DNA of 64,000 bases, from assembly GCF_009914755.1 (NCBI RefSeq), contig NC_060927.1, one strand, 5' to 3'. Below, piece by piece: positions 16,241 through 29,195 of the stretch. How positions within the stretch are numbered: the stretch's first letter is position 1; every line of letters starts with the position of its first letter. The position numbers and the translations under genes are program-made. This DNA is from the human T2T-CHM13v2.0 reference genome, Homo sapiens. Under the pieces are notes generated by a model that was given only the letters and a program-made list of their open reading frames with translations, was not told where the DNA came from and made no database searches.

Positions 16241-16899
16241 ATTTGTAGGCAGCTAGGCAGGCTCAGAACTACCAATGTTTACCAGCTCTGTTGCTTATCT
16301 TCTCTTTTACTGTACTTCTTTAGGACTGCTCTAAGTCAATAACATAGGTATTTTGCTATGCAAATATCTGATTAAGTGAGGACAGGCACATGTTTCCTTT
16401 TTTAGGCTAATGTTAAGGGAAATAAAAACCCAATCATATTTTGGGATTCATATGATTGATAGGACCTTGGGAAAAGTAGTCAAACCAATACCGTCATATG
16501 TCCTTTTCTTCTTTAAATGTAAATTTGTCCCAACTGAAGTGAAGCCCCCAATATACAACAATTATTGTTTTCCTTATTATATCAATCATACATTAAACAT
16601 ATACATACACATTTATTATTTTCAATTGGCCAAAAATTTTAAGACTGGAAGTAACTGCTTTCAGTTTTATTTCAGAATAATGAAAAAAAATGTTGCAACA
16701 TTCTATTTTGAGAAGGTAGATTTCAGTTGGATAAGTTTTCATGCAAAAATGTTAACCTTTTTGGATTTTGTTTACGCATTTTTAAAAAAGACCTGTAGAG
16801 ATTAAACTCCTTAATGCTGGTGCACTGAGCCCTACCATTTATCTATGTTTGTAATTGACATAGCTGCTACTTGACATTTATGGCCAATAATATGATCAG

Positions 16900-17025
16900 C
16901 AGCTATCCTTCCTAACACACTAAACTAGAATGTCTGTGAGCAAAGGACTGTGCATCCCTGGTGCCTCGCATAGATTTTGTTATAGCCTAAGCTCTCAATA
17001 AATGTATGTAAAATAAATTAATCAA
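16900..17025 (+). mobile_element. L2 3' terminus
   Basis: actagaatgtctgtgagcaaaggactgtg...ctctcaataaatgtatg. Confidence 0.6.
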
Positions 17026-17214
17026 ATATACATTGTCAAATAATTATCTATTCTTTTTAGTTTGGCAATTGGGTCTTATGAAAAAACATTTGGTATTCTA
17101 GGAAAGTTATATAACAAGTATAATTATTTTGAATTTTTATTACAACTAATTGAAAATTATAATTTATTTAGTATATGTGATTGCTGGACATTTTTTTTAA
17201 TGACTTCACTTTAA

Positions 17215-17453
17215 AAGTGATGTACAGATTCAATGCAATCCCTGTCAAAATACCAAGGACATTCTTCACAGAAATAGAAAAAACAATCCTAAAATGTATG
17301 TGGAACTACAAAAGACACTGAACTGCCAAAGCAGTCTTGAGCAAAAAGAACAAAGCTAGAGTCATAACTCTACCCAATTTCAAAATATGCTATATATGAT
17401 GTTAGTTGTGAGCTTGTACAAAAATGCTATAAAGTGATAGTAACCAAAACAGC
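17215..17453 (+). mobile_element. L1 (L1MA/PB-type) ORF2 fragment
   Basis: tacagattcaatgcaatccctgtcaaaatacca...gcaaaaagaacaaagctaga...gtaaccaaaacagc. Confidence 0.85.
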
Positions 17454-17810
17454 TACCAAGCTGCCCCACCACTTCTTTAAGCAGTCTTCCTTACCAACTC
17501 AAGTGTCCATCATGGTTGAGGTCTTCTCCTGCTGGGATTCCAGAGGCTTGTGGTGGAGTGGGTTCCTCTCTGTTCAACTCATTCTCTCCACAGGAGTTGT
17601 TGGGGGCCAGAAACAAGTCCCACGGAGCAGTAGTCCCTTGCAGGATTACTGGGTTCCTCCCGCTTCAGCCCAGCTTCTGCGTCTTCCTTCGTCTGCTCTC
17701 AATTCCTTCCGTCTGAAGATCTGCTAGGAGTGCACCAGTTTTCCTAAAGTCCTGGTCCTTCAATGGGTGATGTTCCTCCTGGCTGCATCTAGTTGGCCAT
17801 CTTGGAGCAC
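17454..17810 (-). mobile_element. L1 5' UTR end (L1M/PB-type)
   Basis: More GC-rich block ending ctgcatctagttggccatcttgg, the antisense of the typical L1 start aagatggc. Confidence 0.65.
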
Positions 17811-19199
17811 GCACTTCTACTTTTCAGAGTTTTAAATAACAGTGTTAAAAGTTATGTTTACAGGAATAATTTTATTCCGATCACTGCCAAAAACATTGAT
17901 TTTATTTCAGTAAAAATTATGATTCCAAAACCTGTTGAAAGCTAAAACTAAATAGTGCAAGTACAGGAAATGTCCACCACGTAAATAGCTGTATAATTTG
18001 ATAAAAAAGAAAAATTACAAAACAATGATAATAAGAAGGTGAAGTGAGAGGCAATGAAAGTTTAAATGTTTAATCATTTGTTTCTTCTCTAAAATGACTC
18101 TATTATGTATAATCTTCATGTTTAATAACCAAAAAAAATAGTTTTCTGGAGTCCAAAGAGGCTATCCAAAGTGTGATTAGACCACAAAATTCTGCCTACG
18201 ACTATGACAGTAAACATACCAGTGTTTTCTATTTATTTTCTTTTTGTTTTTCACAGGTGTTAAGTAGACAATTTGAGACACAGAATAACTTGAAAAATGG
18301 CATATTGTCTGTACACAGAGATGTACAAAACCCAGATTTCTGTCCAATATGATAATCTCATTCCTTGGCAATATTTAAATATGCACAACAGCTGCAACTA
18401 TTCCCAGATCTGACTAACAATTTATCCACGGAGAGCAACTTTCATCAGGAAGAAACACTGAGAAAATGATGGAGCAGCATTTGGGCATTGAACCATGTCT
18501 TTAATCAAGCAACGGCAGCAGTAGACTCTTCCCAAGTCATGGCTAGTGTCCTTTTGATCATCATGCATGCATGATGTCCCAATCTCAAATGCCATGTGAA
18601 AATCTTATTTCCAAGCAGAACTATAGAAAAACCTTTTGCCCATTCCCAATATTTAGCTATTTTGTCTAAAAAACATTAGCAATATATATTATCTCTGTAA
18701 CCACTAATATTAATTCACCTTGTAAACTTATTTATCCGCAGTTTTTGCTCACAAAAAAACAAGTAAAATGTCCACCTACCATCAAGTTTAACGTGGAATT
18801 AAACATGATTAAAGCCCAATCTTTCATGGTTGGTTGAAGGCTCAGAAAAAAGTCAATAAAATTGAGTTAATATCCTCATTATTAAATTAAACGTAAGAAT
18901 TGAACAGATAGTTACCAGGGCCCGCTTGTGAATACAGTTCAATGGTCTTTAGTTTAGAACCTGATCAATGTATTTCTGTTCCATTTATAATATCCGAAGA
19001 AAATTAATGATTTGAGCACAGATTTGGCTTTCTAATTTTTTGTTTATAGTTTATATCTTATCCCTTATATTTGGCACCAGAACAAGGACGTTGAAGTGTT
19101 TTTTAAAACCAGAAATCTTCAAAAAGGCTCATAGTTTTACAATCACACTATGTATTGAATGAATACTAAAAACTCAAAAACAAAAACTTGCCATGCCTA

Positions 19200-19950
19200 A
19201 TATGATTTGTAGGCAAGTTTTTTAACTTCATAAAACAGACTATTTCTATCTTATACCAAATATTTTAAACAGTAGAATAAAAGAAGGGAAACTACAGAAC
19301 TTGTTTAATGAGACTGTTAGAATATTTCATCCAAATATGGTAAGGGCAATACAGGAAAAACAAAAACTACCAACCATTGTAACACATAAAGATAGAAATA
19401 CCTCAAACTTATCGCAAATTAAAATTGTAACAACAATAGAAGTACTATTGCATGATTAGCGGTCATCCTAAGCATTAAAAATCAACATAGAAAGTGTATC
19501 TGTATAAGTGAATATGTGAACGTATTAAAGGAAAAAGTCATATGCCTATCTCATTAGACACAGAAGTATATTTTTTCAAAGTTTAGCACATATCCGTGAA
19601 AAAAAAAAAATCCAGCAAGGCAAGATTAAAGGGAACATCCTCAGTCTGATAAAAATAACCAAATATGTACAAGAAAGCATCTGATATCATAATAAAATAT
19701 TGAAAACATTTTATTTAAAGTGAAGAGAAAGATCAAACTTAATGCTTACATTAGAAATTATAGCTTGCATAGAGTTATAAGAATTAGAAAGTACATGAAA
19801 CCTTTGATATTAACAGAAAATGATACTCTACAGAAAATGGAAAATAATTTACAAAAAAATGGTTACAATTCATCATATATTTGAACATTGTCACTATATA
19901 AAACAGCACCTTTTAACTATCTTTCATTTCTGTATACCTTCAATATCAAT
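19200..19950 (+). mobile_element. Old L1M ORF2 fragment
   Basis: A-rich, degenerate L1 RT region (aaagggaacatcctcagtctgataaaa). Confidence 0.7.
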
Positions 19951-19952
19951 TA

Positions 19953-20334
19953 AAATGTCTCCCAAAATTTATATATTGAAGTCTTAACTCTCTATGTATC
20001 CCAGAATGGGTACTCATTTAGAAATACAACCTTTAAAGAGGTAAGTAGGGCAAAATGAGATTATATGAGTAAGTCCTAATTCGATATGACTGCTATCCTT
20101 ATTAGAAGAAGGAGAGATGCCAGGGACACCCATGCATAGAGCAAAGGCCACATGTGAGAACCCAGCGAGAAGGTGGCCATCTGTTAGCCAAGGAGAAAGG
20201 CCTCCAGTGAAACAAAACTTGCAAATACCTTCATCTTGGATTTCCAGTTTCCAGGAATGTGAAAAAGTAGATTTCTGTTGTTTCATCCATCCAGTCTGTG
20301 GTATTCTGTTATGGCAGCATTGGCAACTAATATA
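19953..20334 (+). mobile_element. MLT1B-like MaLR LTR
   Basis: cccaaaatttatatattgaagtc...aaggtggccatctg...cagtctgtggtattctgttatggcagc...aactaatata. Confidence 0.85.
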
Positions 20335-20359
20335 GTAAGTGTGGAAGAAGGGAAGCAAC

Positions 20360-20981
20360 CAAATAACTTACAATTAAATTCTCATCTTTTAGTTCGTCTG
20401 TATCTATGGACTGTAATCTTCACAAATGCTTTTAGCTTTTTTTTTTTTTTTAACTTTTTAGGTGAAAATGGAGGGTAAATAAAGATTGAGTGACTTAAAA
20501 GCATTTCTCCAAGTGAGATATGGCCCTGGTAAAGTGTTTTACCCTGAGGAGCAGGATTTTTTTTATCAAGAATGCTTTGGTCATATTTCACAATGGTTAA
20601 TATTCTCCTTCCTCTATCAGAGGATCAAAGGGTCCATCTTAGTGTGAACTTGGTGGGATTCTTAGAGGTAAAACCCAGGAAAGTGCAGGGGCTTCCTTAA
20701 TACTGCTGCTCCCAGGAGTTTCTCACTTTCATGCTTTACATACTCAGCCTCCAGCCGTTCGTCAACATCACCAGGAAGTGTTCCTACTAGTTAGTGGCTC
20801 CCATGGATTCTGTTCCAGACAGGCAGGACTTATTGTGGTTCTCATGTCTCACCTGTCTCTTCAGTGTTCAGGGTGGTGGTTTTCCTCATCACTGATTTTT
20901 AGTCTATTCAGTGCTTTCATGTGAGGATGGTAGTGATGACTTCTAAGGTCACTATATACCAAAGCTGAAACCAGAAATTCC
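20360..20981 (-). mobile_element. L1MC/MD-type 5' end
   Basis: ggatggtagtgatgacttctaagg...ctgaaaccagaaattc; same family as about 56480-56845. Confidence 0.7.
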
Positions 20982-21219
20982 CAGAGACACTTTTTAAATC
21001 TGGAAGTTGGTAATCTAAGCCCCGTGCTCCTAACAGCTTCACTATTTTGAGCCTAAATATGTTGATCCACTAAACTTTCCAAATCAAGTCTCTGCTTTTA
21101 AGAATTGGTGTGGTGATGAGTACTTGATTCAGTTTGTGAATATGAAAATACTTAATGCATATTTTAAATATGAAGAATACAAATAATAAGCTGTAAGTAC
21201 CACTGCAACATGTAGGCAA

Positions 21220-21352
21220 CTTGCTGAATGTAGCATACAAATTCCATGAGGACAAATACTTCCGTCTTTTTTATTTATCACTTTCCTTCCAGAGCATAGA
21301 ACTATACTCTACAGGCATTCAGTTTTCAGTAAATATTTGTTGAATAAATAGT
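21220..21352 (+). mobile_element. L2 3' terminus
   Basis: aattccatgaggacaa...cagtaaatatttgttgaataaata. Confidence 0.65.
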
Positions 21353-21647
21353 TATTCAAAGGAAATGCAGGATGGTGATTTGAGTATGGGTAAAAGAAAG
21401 TGATTTATTCCTAGAAATGGCAAGAGTGGGAAAATCTTACATATTTTCAACTGTCAGGGCATAACACCCCCAAAGTTGATCCTTTTAATCCTCTTTTCTT
21501 TTTTACACTTCACTCTTATATAATTTTGCAAAAGTACTTATTACAAAAATGTTTTATACCATACGACCCTCGCTATGTGTCCTGAGCTGTGAAGCTTCAT
21601 CTGTACCAAACACCACTACTTGTATTTCCAAATTTTTAACTTTATAA

Positions 21648-22186
21648 ACTCACTAATTATTTCAGTTGCACAGTGTTTTATTTAACACCATTATTACTCC
21701 ATTTTGGACACAGGAAAAAATATTTCTTCTTCATTACCATCATTGTCTTCTTTCCCTCCTTCATCTTCTTTATTTCAGTTATTTCCTCCATACCTGGTAT
21801 TAAGATGAGGAAATCTTAGAAGTTATTAAGGATTCACGGGTTTGTTCTAACAGCAAAGTGTGATTCCTCCAAGGGTCGTTGGATCATAATGACTGAGGGG
21901 ATGTAAAATAATTTTTAAGACTATGAACTTGCAAAGTAATTTTAATTTTAGGTAATTATTTATTTTACCATTTTTGCTGATGAATTTTGGAGATGAGTTT
22001 TCCGAGACTCAGTATAGGAATGAACCATATTGATTCTCTCGTCTGTCAGTCGCAAGTTTTCTGAGTGATGGTAACAAATGAGTTCTCTTTTTTGTTTTAT
22101 TCTCTCCAAAATGGGGATGCTAAATCTCAATATACTTCACCTAAATAATTTTGCTTCTCTGAAGACTGTATAATGCCATTTCTAAA
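21648..22186 (-). repeat. Right arm of a ~535 bp inverted duplication
   Basis: Reverse complement of 15202-15736. Confidence 0.95.
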
Positions 22187-22694
22187 GAAATAAACACAAA
22201 AGTCAGTGCAAAACTGGTACACATTAAGTGTAACTAACTAATCCATTGTTGCAATGACAACCAAAAAACTTACTCTTCACAAATAAAAGACTGAAGGTGT
22301 GAAGGAAGCCATAATTTGTTGAGGGAAAATGAACAAATATGAAAAGAGCTTCATTGAATACTGAGTACCAACGTAATACTTATCTTGAAAAGCAAAATAC
22401 GTAATCATTACTTTCACATTTTCCTATATAGGATATATATTATACAATTACATAAAAAACCAGTACATTTTATCACTGGGTTTTTTTTTCAGTTCAGTTT
22501 TTTAGTTCCTGCTATTGTTTCTTTTTGAAGCATGTTTTTATGATTGCAGAGTCTGTAAGAAGAGTACATGCAGAATCTACAAGAAGAGTACATTCTGAAT
22601 TATTTGATTACTCAAATGATAAAATGGTAAAGTCTAATCTTTTGCTTTTAAAAATATTTGATATTTTAAAAAAAGTAAATAATATACCTTAAAA

Positions 22695-23422
22695 TTTTTT
22701 TTCTTTTTTTTAACTTTTATTCTAGGTTCAGAGGTTCATGTCCAGTCTTGTTACATAGGTAAACTCATGTCATGGGAGTCTGATGTACAGATTATCACCT
22801 GATTATTAAGCCTAGTACCAACAGTTATTTTTTCTGCTCTTTTTCCTCCTCCCACCCTCCACCCTCTTGTAGGCCCCTGTTTCTCTTGTTCCCCTCTTTG
22901 TGTCTGTGTGTTCTCATGACTTAGCTCTTTCTTATTTGTAAGAATATGTATTTGGTTTTCTGTTCCTGCATTAATTTGCTAAGGATAATGGTGTCTAGCT
23001 TCATTGACATTTTTGCTATAAACTTTATCTCATTCTTTTTTTACAGCTGCATATGTACTACATTTTCTTTATCCAGTCTTCCACTGATGGTCATTGAGGT
23101 TGATTCTATGTCTTTGCTATTGTCAGTAGTGCTGCAAGGAACCTATGTGTATATGTGTTTTTATGATAGAACAATTTATAATGCTTTGGATATATACCCA
23201 GTAATGCGATTGCTGGGTTGAATAGATGTTCTGTTTTTCGCTCCTTGAGGAATCACCACACTGCTTTCCAAAATAGTTGAACTAATTTCTACTCCCATCT
23301 ATAGTATATAAGCATTCTCTTATCTCCACAATCTCATCAGCATCTGTTATTTTTTTGACTTTTTAATAGTAGCCATTATAACTGGTGTGAGATGGTGTTC
23401 ATTGTGGTTTTGATCTGCATTT
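22695..23422 (-). mobile_element. Older L1PA (about L1PA13-16) 3' end
   Basis: Poly(T), then aacttttattctaggttcagagg...gttacataggtaaactcatgtcatggg...cctcccaccctccaccctc. Confidence 0.85.
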
Positions 23423-24780
23423 GGGAAAAGGACAGTCTAGTCAAAAACTGGTGTGAGAAAAACTGAATATCCACATGCAAAAAAAATGAAATTGGGCCTT
23501 TCTCTCTCACTATATACAAAAATCAACTCGAATGGATTGAGGACCCAAATATAAGATCTGAAACTATGAAACATAGAAGAATACATAGGAGAAAAGCTCC
23601 ATGATGTTGGTTTGGGCAATAATTTTTGAATATGACCTCAGATGCATAGGTAACAAAAGCAAAAGATACACAAATGGAATTACATCAAACTAAAAAGATT
23701 CCTCACCGAGTGTAGAAACAACCTACAGAATGGGAGGAAATATTTGCAAAGTATACATCTGATGAGGGGTTGATATCCAAAAATATATAAAAACTCAAAC
23801 AACTCAATAGCAAATAACCCAATTAAACAATGGGCAAAAGATCTGAATAGACATTTTTCAAAAGAAGATATACAAATAGGCCAAAGGTATGTGAAAATAT
23901 GTTCAGCATCACTAATCATCAGGGCAATGCAAATCAAAACCACAATGAGATATCACCTCACTTCTGTTAGAATGACTATTACGAAAAGACAAAAGATAAC
24001 AAGTACAGTGAGGATGTAGAATAAAGGGAGCCCTTGTACACTGTTAGGGGAAATATAAACTGGTATAGCCATTATGGAAAACACCATGCAAGTTTCTAAA
24101 AATATTAAAAATAGAACCATCATATTACCATATTATCCAGCAATCCTACTAATGGGTATTTATCCCAAGGAAATAAAATCAGCATGTTAAAAATATATTT
24201 GTACTTCCATGTTTATTGTAGCACTCTTCACAGTAGCCAAGATACAGAATCAACCTAAGTGTCTATCCATGGATGAAAAGATAAAGAAAATGTGGTATAT
24301 ATACACAATGGAATACTATTCAGCCATAAAAAGAATAAAATCTTGTCATTTGTGATGAACCTGGAGAAACTTATGTTAAGAGAAATAAGCCAGGCATAGA
24401 AAGACAAATACTGCAGGATATCTCTCATATGTAAAATCTAAAAAACAGTTGATCTCACAGAAGTAGAGAGTAGAATGGTAGTTACCAGAGGCTGAGGTGG
24501 TTAGGTGGGAGAGGAAAATGGGGAGATGTTGACTAAATGATGTGCATTTAGTTAGACAGGAGGAATACATTTAAGAGATTTATTGTATAGCATGGTGACT
24601 ATAGCTAATGACAATATATTATATTCTTGAAAAAACAGTGAATATCAAGTGCCAAGATAGTGAATATTAAGTGTTCTCACCGCAAAAATAATGTGAGGTA
24701 ATGCATTTGTTAATTAAACTATTCCACAATGTAGACATACTTTAAAACATCATGCTGCACATGGTCAATACATCATTTAC
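23423..24780 (+). mobile_element. L1MA-type 3' 1.35 kb
   Basis: gggaaaaggacagtct...gaaagacaaatactgc...aaaacatcatgctgcac. Confidence 0.9.
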
Positions 24781-25674
24781 TAAGGCTTTATCTTATTTAC
24801 AACAAGCTTTACTAAAGGATCTCTATCTAGATGGAAATAGGATAAAGATAACTATATATTTTCAATATCTTAGACAGCAAAGGCAAAAATAATGATTCAG
24901 AATGCTGCCCAGGTTTCTTAAATAAGGTAATATACTAAAATTGTGGTTTTAAAAATAGCGGCTTTGTTAAAATATTCAGGCAATTTATTGATTCCCCATG
25001 TAAAAGATAAATTTATCTTAATGGTCAGATAATTGCAGTCCTCTCTCAATTTGCATTGTCTAATTCACCTATTTTTTCATTCTGTGCTGCTACCTATCAC
25101 AACATCATGTGTGAGAGGTAGAAAAAAATATTAGATAAGTGCTTAAATTCTGAAGAAACCATTTTCCCCTGTTTTGGGTTGTTACTATAAGTCACTTTAA
25201 AATATGGCCCAGTTGCTGCTTTAGATATATTCATAATGGTTACAAGTGGCAGTCTGTTCTATATTTACAACTCATGCTCTCTATTATACACTACAAGATG
25301 AGATATTATTTTAATACTTCTACAAAGACTTAAGAATGCATTCAGGCATGTTCAATCAATTAGAAATAAGTCCCCTAAGGGTAGCACAGAGGATTATTTT
25401 TTCATTTCTAATATTCAAAACAACTTGTATTTGATTAAATGTTGCAGATCAACAAACAGCCTTAAAGATTGATGGCCTCTCAAATCCCTAAAACTGGCCA
25501 AGGAGTGTTATCACTCCATGAAATTCCAACTCTGTTTTGAAGAATGATTTCTTCAAAAGCATGGAAAAGAAAAAACAGTATTTTATTTTCTTTTAATACT
25601 TAGCACCCTTTGGGACTATAAGATCTCTGGAGAATACACTTTCCCCCCTCTCTCCTTCCCTTCTTCTTTTTATT

Positions 25675-25855
25675 TTCTTTTTCAGCAAACATATTGGGCA
25701 CTTATATTGGTCACATATTCCAGGTACCATGCTGCATTCTGAGAATACAAGCATGAATGAGATGTTGTTTCTTATCTGCCAGGGTCTCATAATCTATTAA
25801 ATGAAATGAACAACTAAGAAGAAAAGCACCAGAGAGTATCACATGCCCTATGACA
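25675..25855 (-). mobile_element. L2 3' end
   Basis: ttcagcaaacatattgggcactta...ccaggtaccatgct. Confidence 0.65.
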
Positions 25856-26989
25856 GATCTTTACTTATTATTTAAAAAATTTAACAAAACACTTACTTGA
25901 AAGTTTTTACCAAAATTGTACCATATATTCAATTTTGTGGAAGCTTCTACTAGATTAATGTACTGAAAAGAAAGTGGTCACTTTCACCATTTAATACAGA
26001 AACAAGCAAACTTCTAACTATAATTGAAAACTATATATTTTACTAATATATAATTAATGACATGTTCAGTGAAGAGACCTATAATTAAAAAAAAATCCTC
26101 AACCTGAAGATCTGTATTCGCTGAATTAAAAGCTATAAGAATGAGACCATGTAGCAGAATATAAAAATAATTTAAATACAACAGCAGAATGCTGATTCTT
26201 AAGCAAATCAAATTTTCTCCACAGTATCCCTTCTATAGTTCCCCTTGTGGGGATTAAAGTGGCTTTTGGTTATATATTTAGTTCTACATCATATTTTTCT
26301 GGTCCTTGTTTGTGCATTATCAACTCTTACACTTCTTCTTCTTAAGTGAAAAAAAAGCATCAAGATGAATGTATCATTTTAAAATGCTAGATACCAGTTA
26401 TTTTTCTTCTATGGGGTTTTTCTTTAGAAAACTCAGAAATAGAAGCAGTCTTTGATTATGCACAAATCATTTAATACTTGGCCTTCCATCTGAAATTTCT
26501 AAAAAGAGTATTAATTAGTGTTAAAATTAGTCTGCTAATGCAAGATTTGTGAAGTGGGATAGAAAACCCATTTTCATATTTTATTAATTGGTTATTGTGA
26601 AATATCTTTTAAAATTATTTCCCTGACTATGTAAACATATAAAGTATGAAATAATCCTTACTCATAATAATAAAACTCGTATTTATATTTCATCATTAGG
26701 GATGAAATATAAAATTTTGGCATAGGTCTTTCTATTCTTATATATTTCTTACACACTTAATATCATACTATATATACATAGCTTTCATCTTCCTTTTTAA
26801 TTACCTTAATAAACTTTTCTCTATCTCATGAAAATATTCAAATTTAACAGCTGCATTATATTATATGATATGAATTTATTTCTCAGTTCTTGGATTTTTA
26901 AAGTTGAATTCATATTTCAAAGTATTAAGTATTTCCTTTTGTGATTTCAAGCTTTCTATCTATTTCCTTCTTTGCTTACTTTTATCTCA

Positions 26990-28600
26990 ACACTGCTACA
27001 ATTAAGGAAGTGCCTACTACCCTTATGAAAGGCCAGTCTTCCACTTGTGCTCCAGATCCTGTTCTGTCTCATCTTTCAAGGTAATTGTTTCTGAAATTTC
27101 TCTGTCTTTGGCACCAACAATTTCTCCCTCTCTCTTGTATTATCTACATCAACATAAAACATTCTTTGGGTTCTTCCATCTATTAAAAAATTCTGCTTTA
27201 AAAAATATAGCCACATTTTCCTATTTGTTTTACAGCATAGTTTCTTATAAAAGCTGTCAGTAACTTCATATCCACTTCTCAACTTTCATTTGTCAAGTTC
27301 AGCCAGACTTCTGCTCCTGACCACTCCACTGAATCTGCTTTTACCCAATCATCAATGAGCTTCATATTTTCAAATACAGTGAACCCTTCTCAACTCTCAA
27401 ATGACCTCATCTCTAGGCCTATTCTATGCAGATTGACAATTGCATTTTCTGAAAACTAATATTATTCTAAGCTTCTTGTATATTGTACAGTATTGTATTT
27501 CCTTCTGACTCCGTAGCTGCTCCTCCTCAGTTTTCTTTGCTGAGCTGTTTCTCTAGATCTCTGGATATTTCAGGACTTAAATTAGTTTCCGTTTCTTTCA
27601 GGATTTATTCCCTTTTCTAGAAAATCTTATCCATTGCCATGGCTTTACATATCTAAATAATAATAATATCCCTAGTCCTGATCTTGTCCCTGAACTCCTG
27701 ACTCACAACCAGCTGTTACTTTAAATCTCCACTTAAGTCTCTAATAAATATCTCAAAGCTAACTAAACTAAATAAACTCTTGGTCCACATACTCTTTTGA
27801 TGATGCAACTGCAGTAATGTTACCACCATCTCCCAGTTCCTTAAGCCAAAAACAAAGGAGGTGGCATTGATTCCTCTCTTATCTTAAGCTAGGCAGCCAA
27901 TGTACCCCAAATCCTATCAGTTCAAACTCATCATGTTCCCAATCCCTGTAATCCTCTTCATCTCTCCTACTCTCACTCATTGCCTAGTTTGCATGCTTGA
28001 CTGCTTACAAATCACTTGGTAGAACTATTTTTAAACAGAAATTATTATTTTTTCACTTGTTCATTTAACTAACCCACTTTGTTTGCTTCCTGTTGTTTTT
28101 ACTACAAAATCTATATTCATTACCCTAGCCTTTGGATCCTGAATTAGACCCTGCATATCTCTGTGACTTCATCTCATACGACAATTGTTGCACTTGCTGA
28201 CACAAGTCTCATTGTCACTTTTCATTATCTTGCTGTTGCCCTAATATGCCAAGTTGTATAACCTCTATGTCTGTTTTTTAAAATTTGATATGTCTTTCCC
28301 TTTTCAGTGGCTGGCCACTATTTTTTTTATTAATTTCTAAGATTAAATATCACTTTTCTAATAAAGCTTTCTCTTAGCCTCCAATAAAAAGTAGTTCCTC
28401 AGTCTCTTCATCACCTTATCTGGTTTTATTTTCATCCTGGAACTGAAACTTTATTATTTATTCATTTATTTATTATGCTTTTAATTTTTTGTCTTCTCTT
28501 AAAATGTCAGCCCCATGAAGCAAATGCCTTACTGTATTCTTCTCTGATTTATCTCCAGTGCCTAGAAAATGTGTGAAATAGATATTCAGTGCATAAGTGC
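26990..28600 (+). mobile_element. L2a, 3' ~1.6 kb
   Basis: ccacttgtgctccagatcc; ccactccactgaatctgct; ends aatgtcagccccatgaag...atctccagtgcctagaa. Confidence 0.8.
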
Positions 28601-29195
28601 ATTTTGTACACCTTTGCATGCATTTTTGGTATTTCTTAGATCTCTATAAATAAAATAATTGAGTCCTAAGCCATTTGTTTTCTAGAAAGCTTGTACCTAT
28701 ATTAGGGTGTCCAGATTTGACAAATAAGAAATATAAGACATTTTCTTTTCAAGAAATCTTTTCAAGATACTAATTTTGTTTCTTTTGGATATACCCAGAA
28801 GTTGGATTGCTGGATCATGGTGGTTGTAATTCTCATTTTTGAAGAGCTTTCATGAAGTTTATCCTAATGGCTTTACCAATTTTCATTCCCACCCAGAGTG
28901 TACAAGCGTTCTCTTTTCTCCACATTCTTGCCAAAACTTCTCTCCAGCCTATTTGATAATAGACATCCTAACAAATGCGGGGTGATATCTCATTGTAGTT
29001 TTGATTTGCGTTTCCCTGATGATTAAGTTATATTGAACATTTTTTCATATCCTAATTGACTATTTGTGTTTTCTTTTGAGAAGTGGCTTATACAACTTTT
29101 ATAAAGAAGGAAGTTTTATCATTTGCAACAACAGGATGCTGCTGCTGTACATTATGCTAAGTGAATAAGCCAGGCACAGAAAGACAAATGCTGCA

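Noticed and set aside
16410-16805. 131-aa ORF as a gene
   Set aside because: F/I/K/Y-rich composition typical of chance ORFs in AT-rich DNA, with no recognisable domain
18230-18260. Strong splice acceptor ttttctttttgtttttcacag
   Set aside because: No convincing downstream donor or open frame; isolated acceptors are common in T-rich DNA
15202-22186. Inverted arms as terminal inverted repeats of a ~7 kb DNA transposon
   Set aside because: No TSD and no transposase remnant. The interior is ordinary old genomic DNA with MIR, L2, L1M and MLT1 that appear older than the duplication
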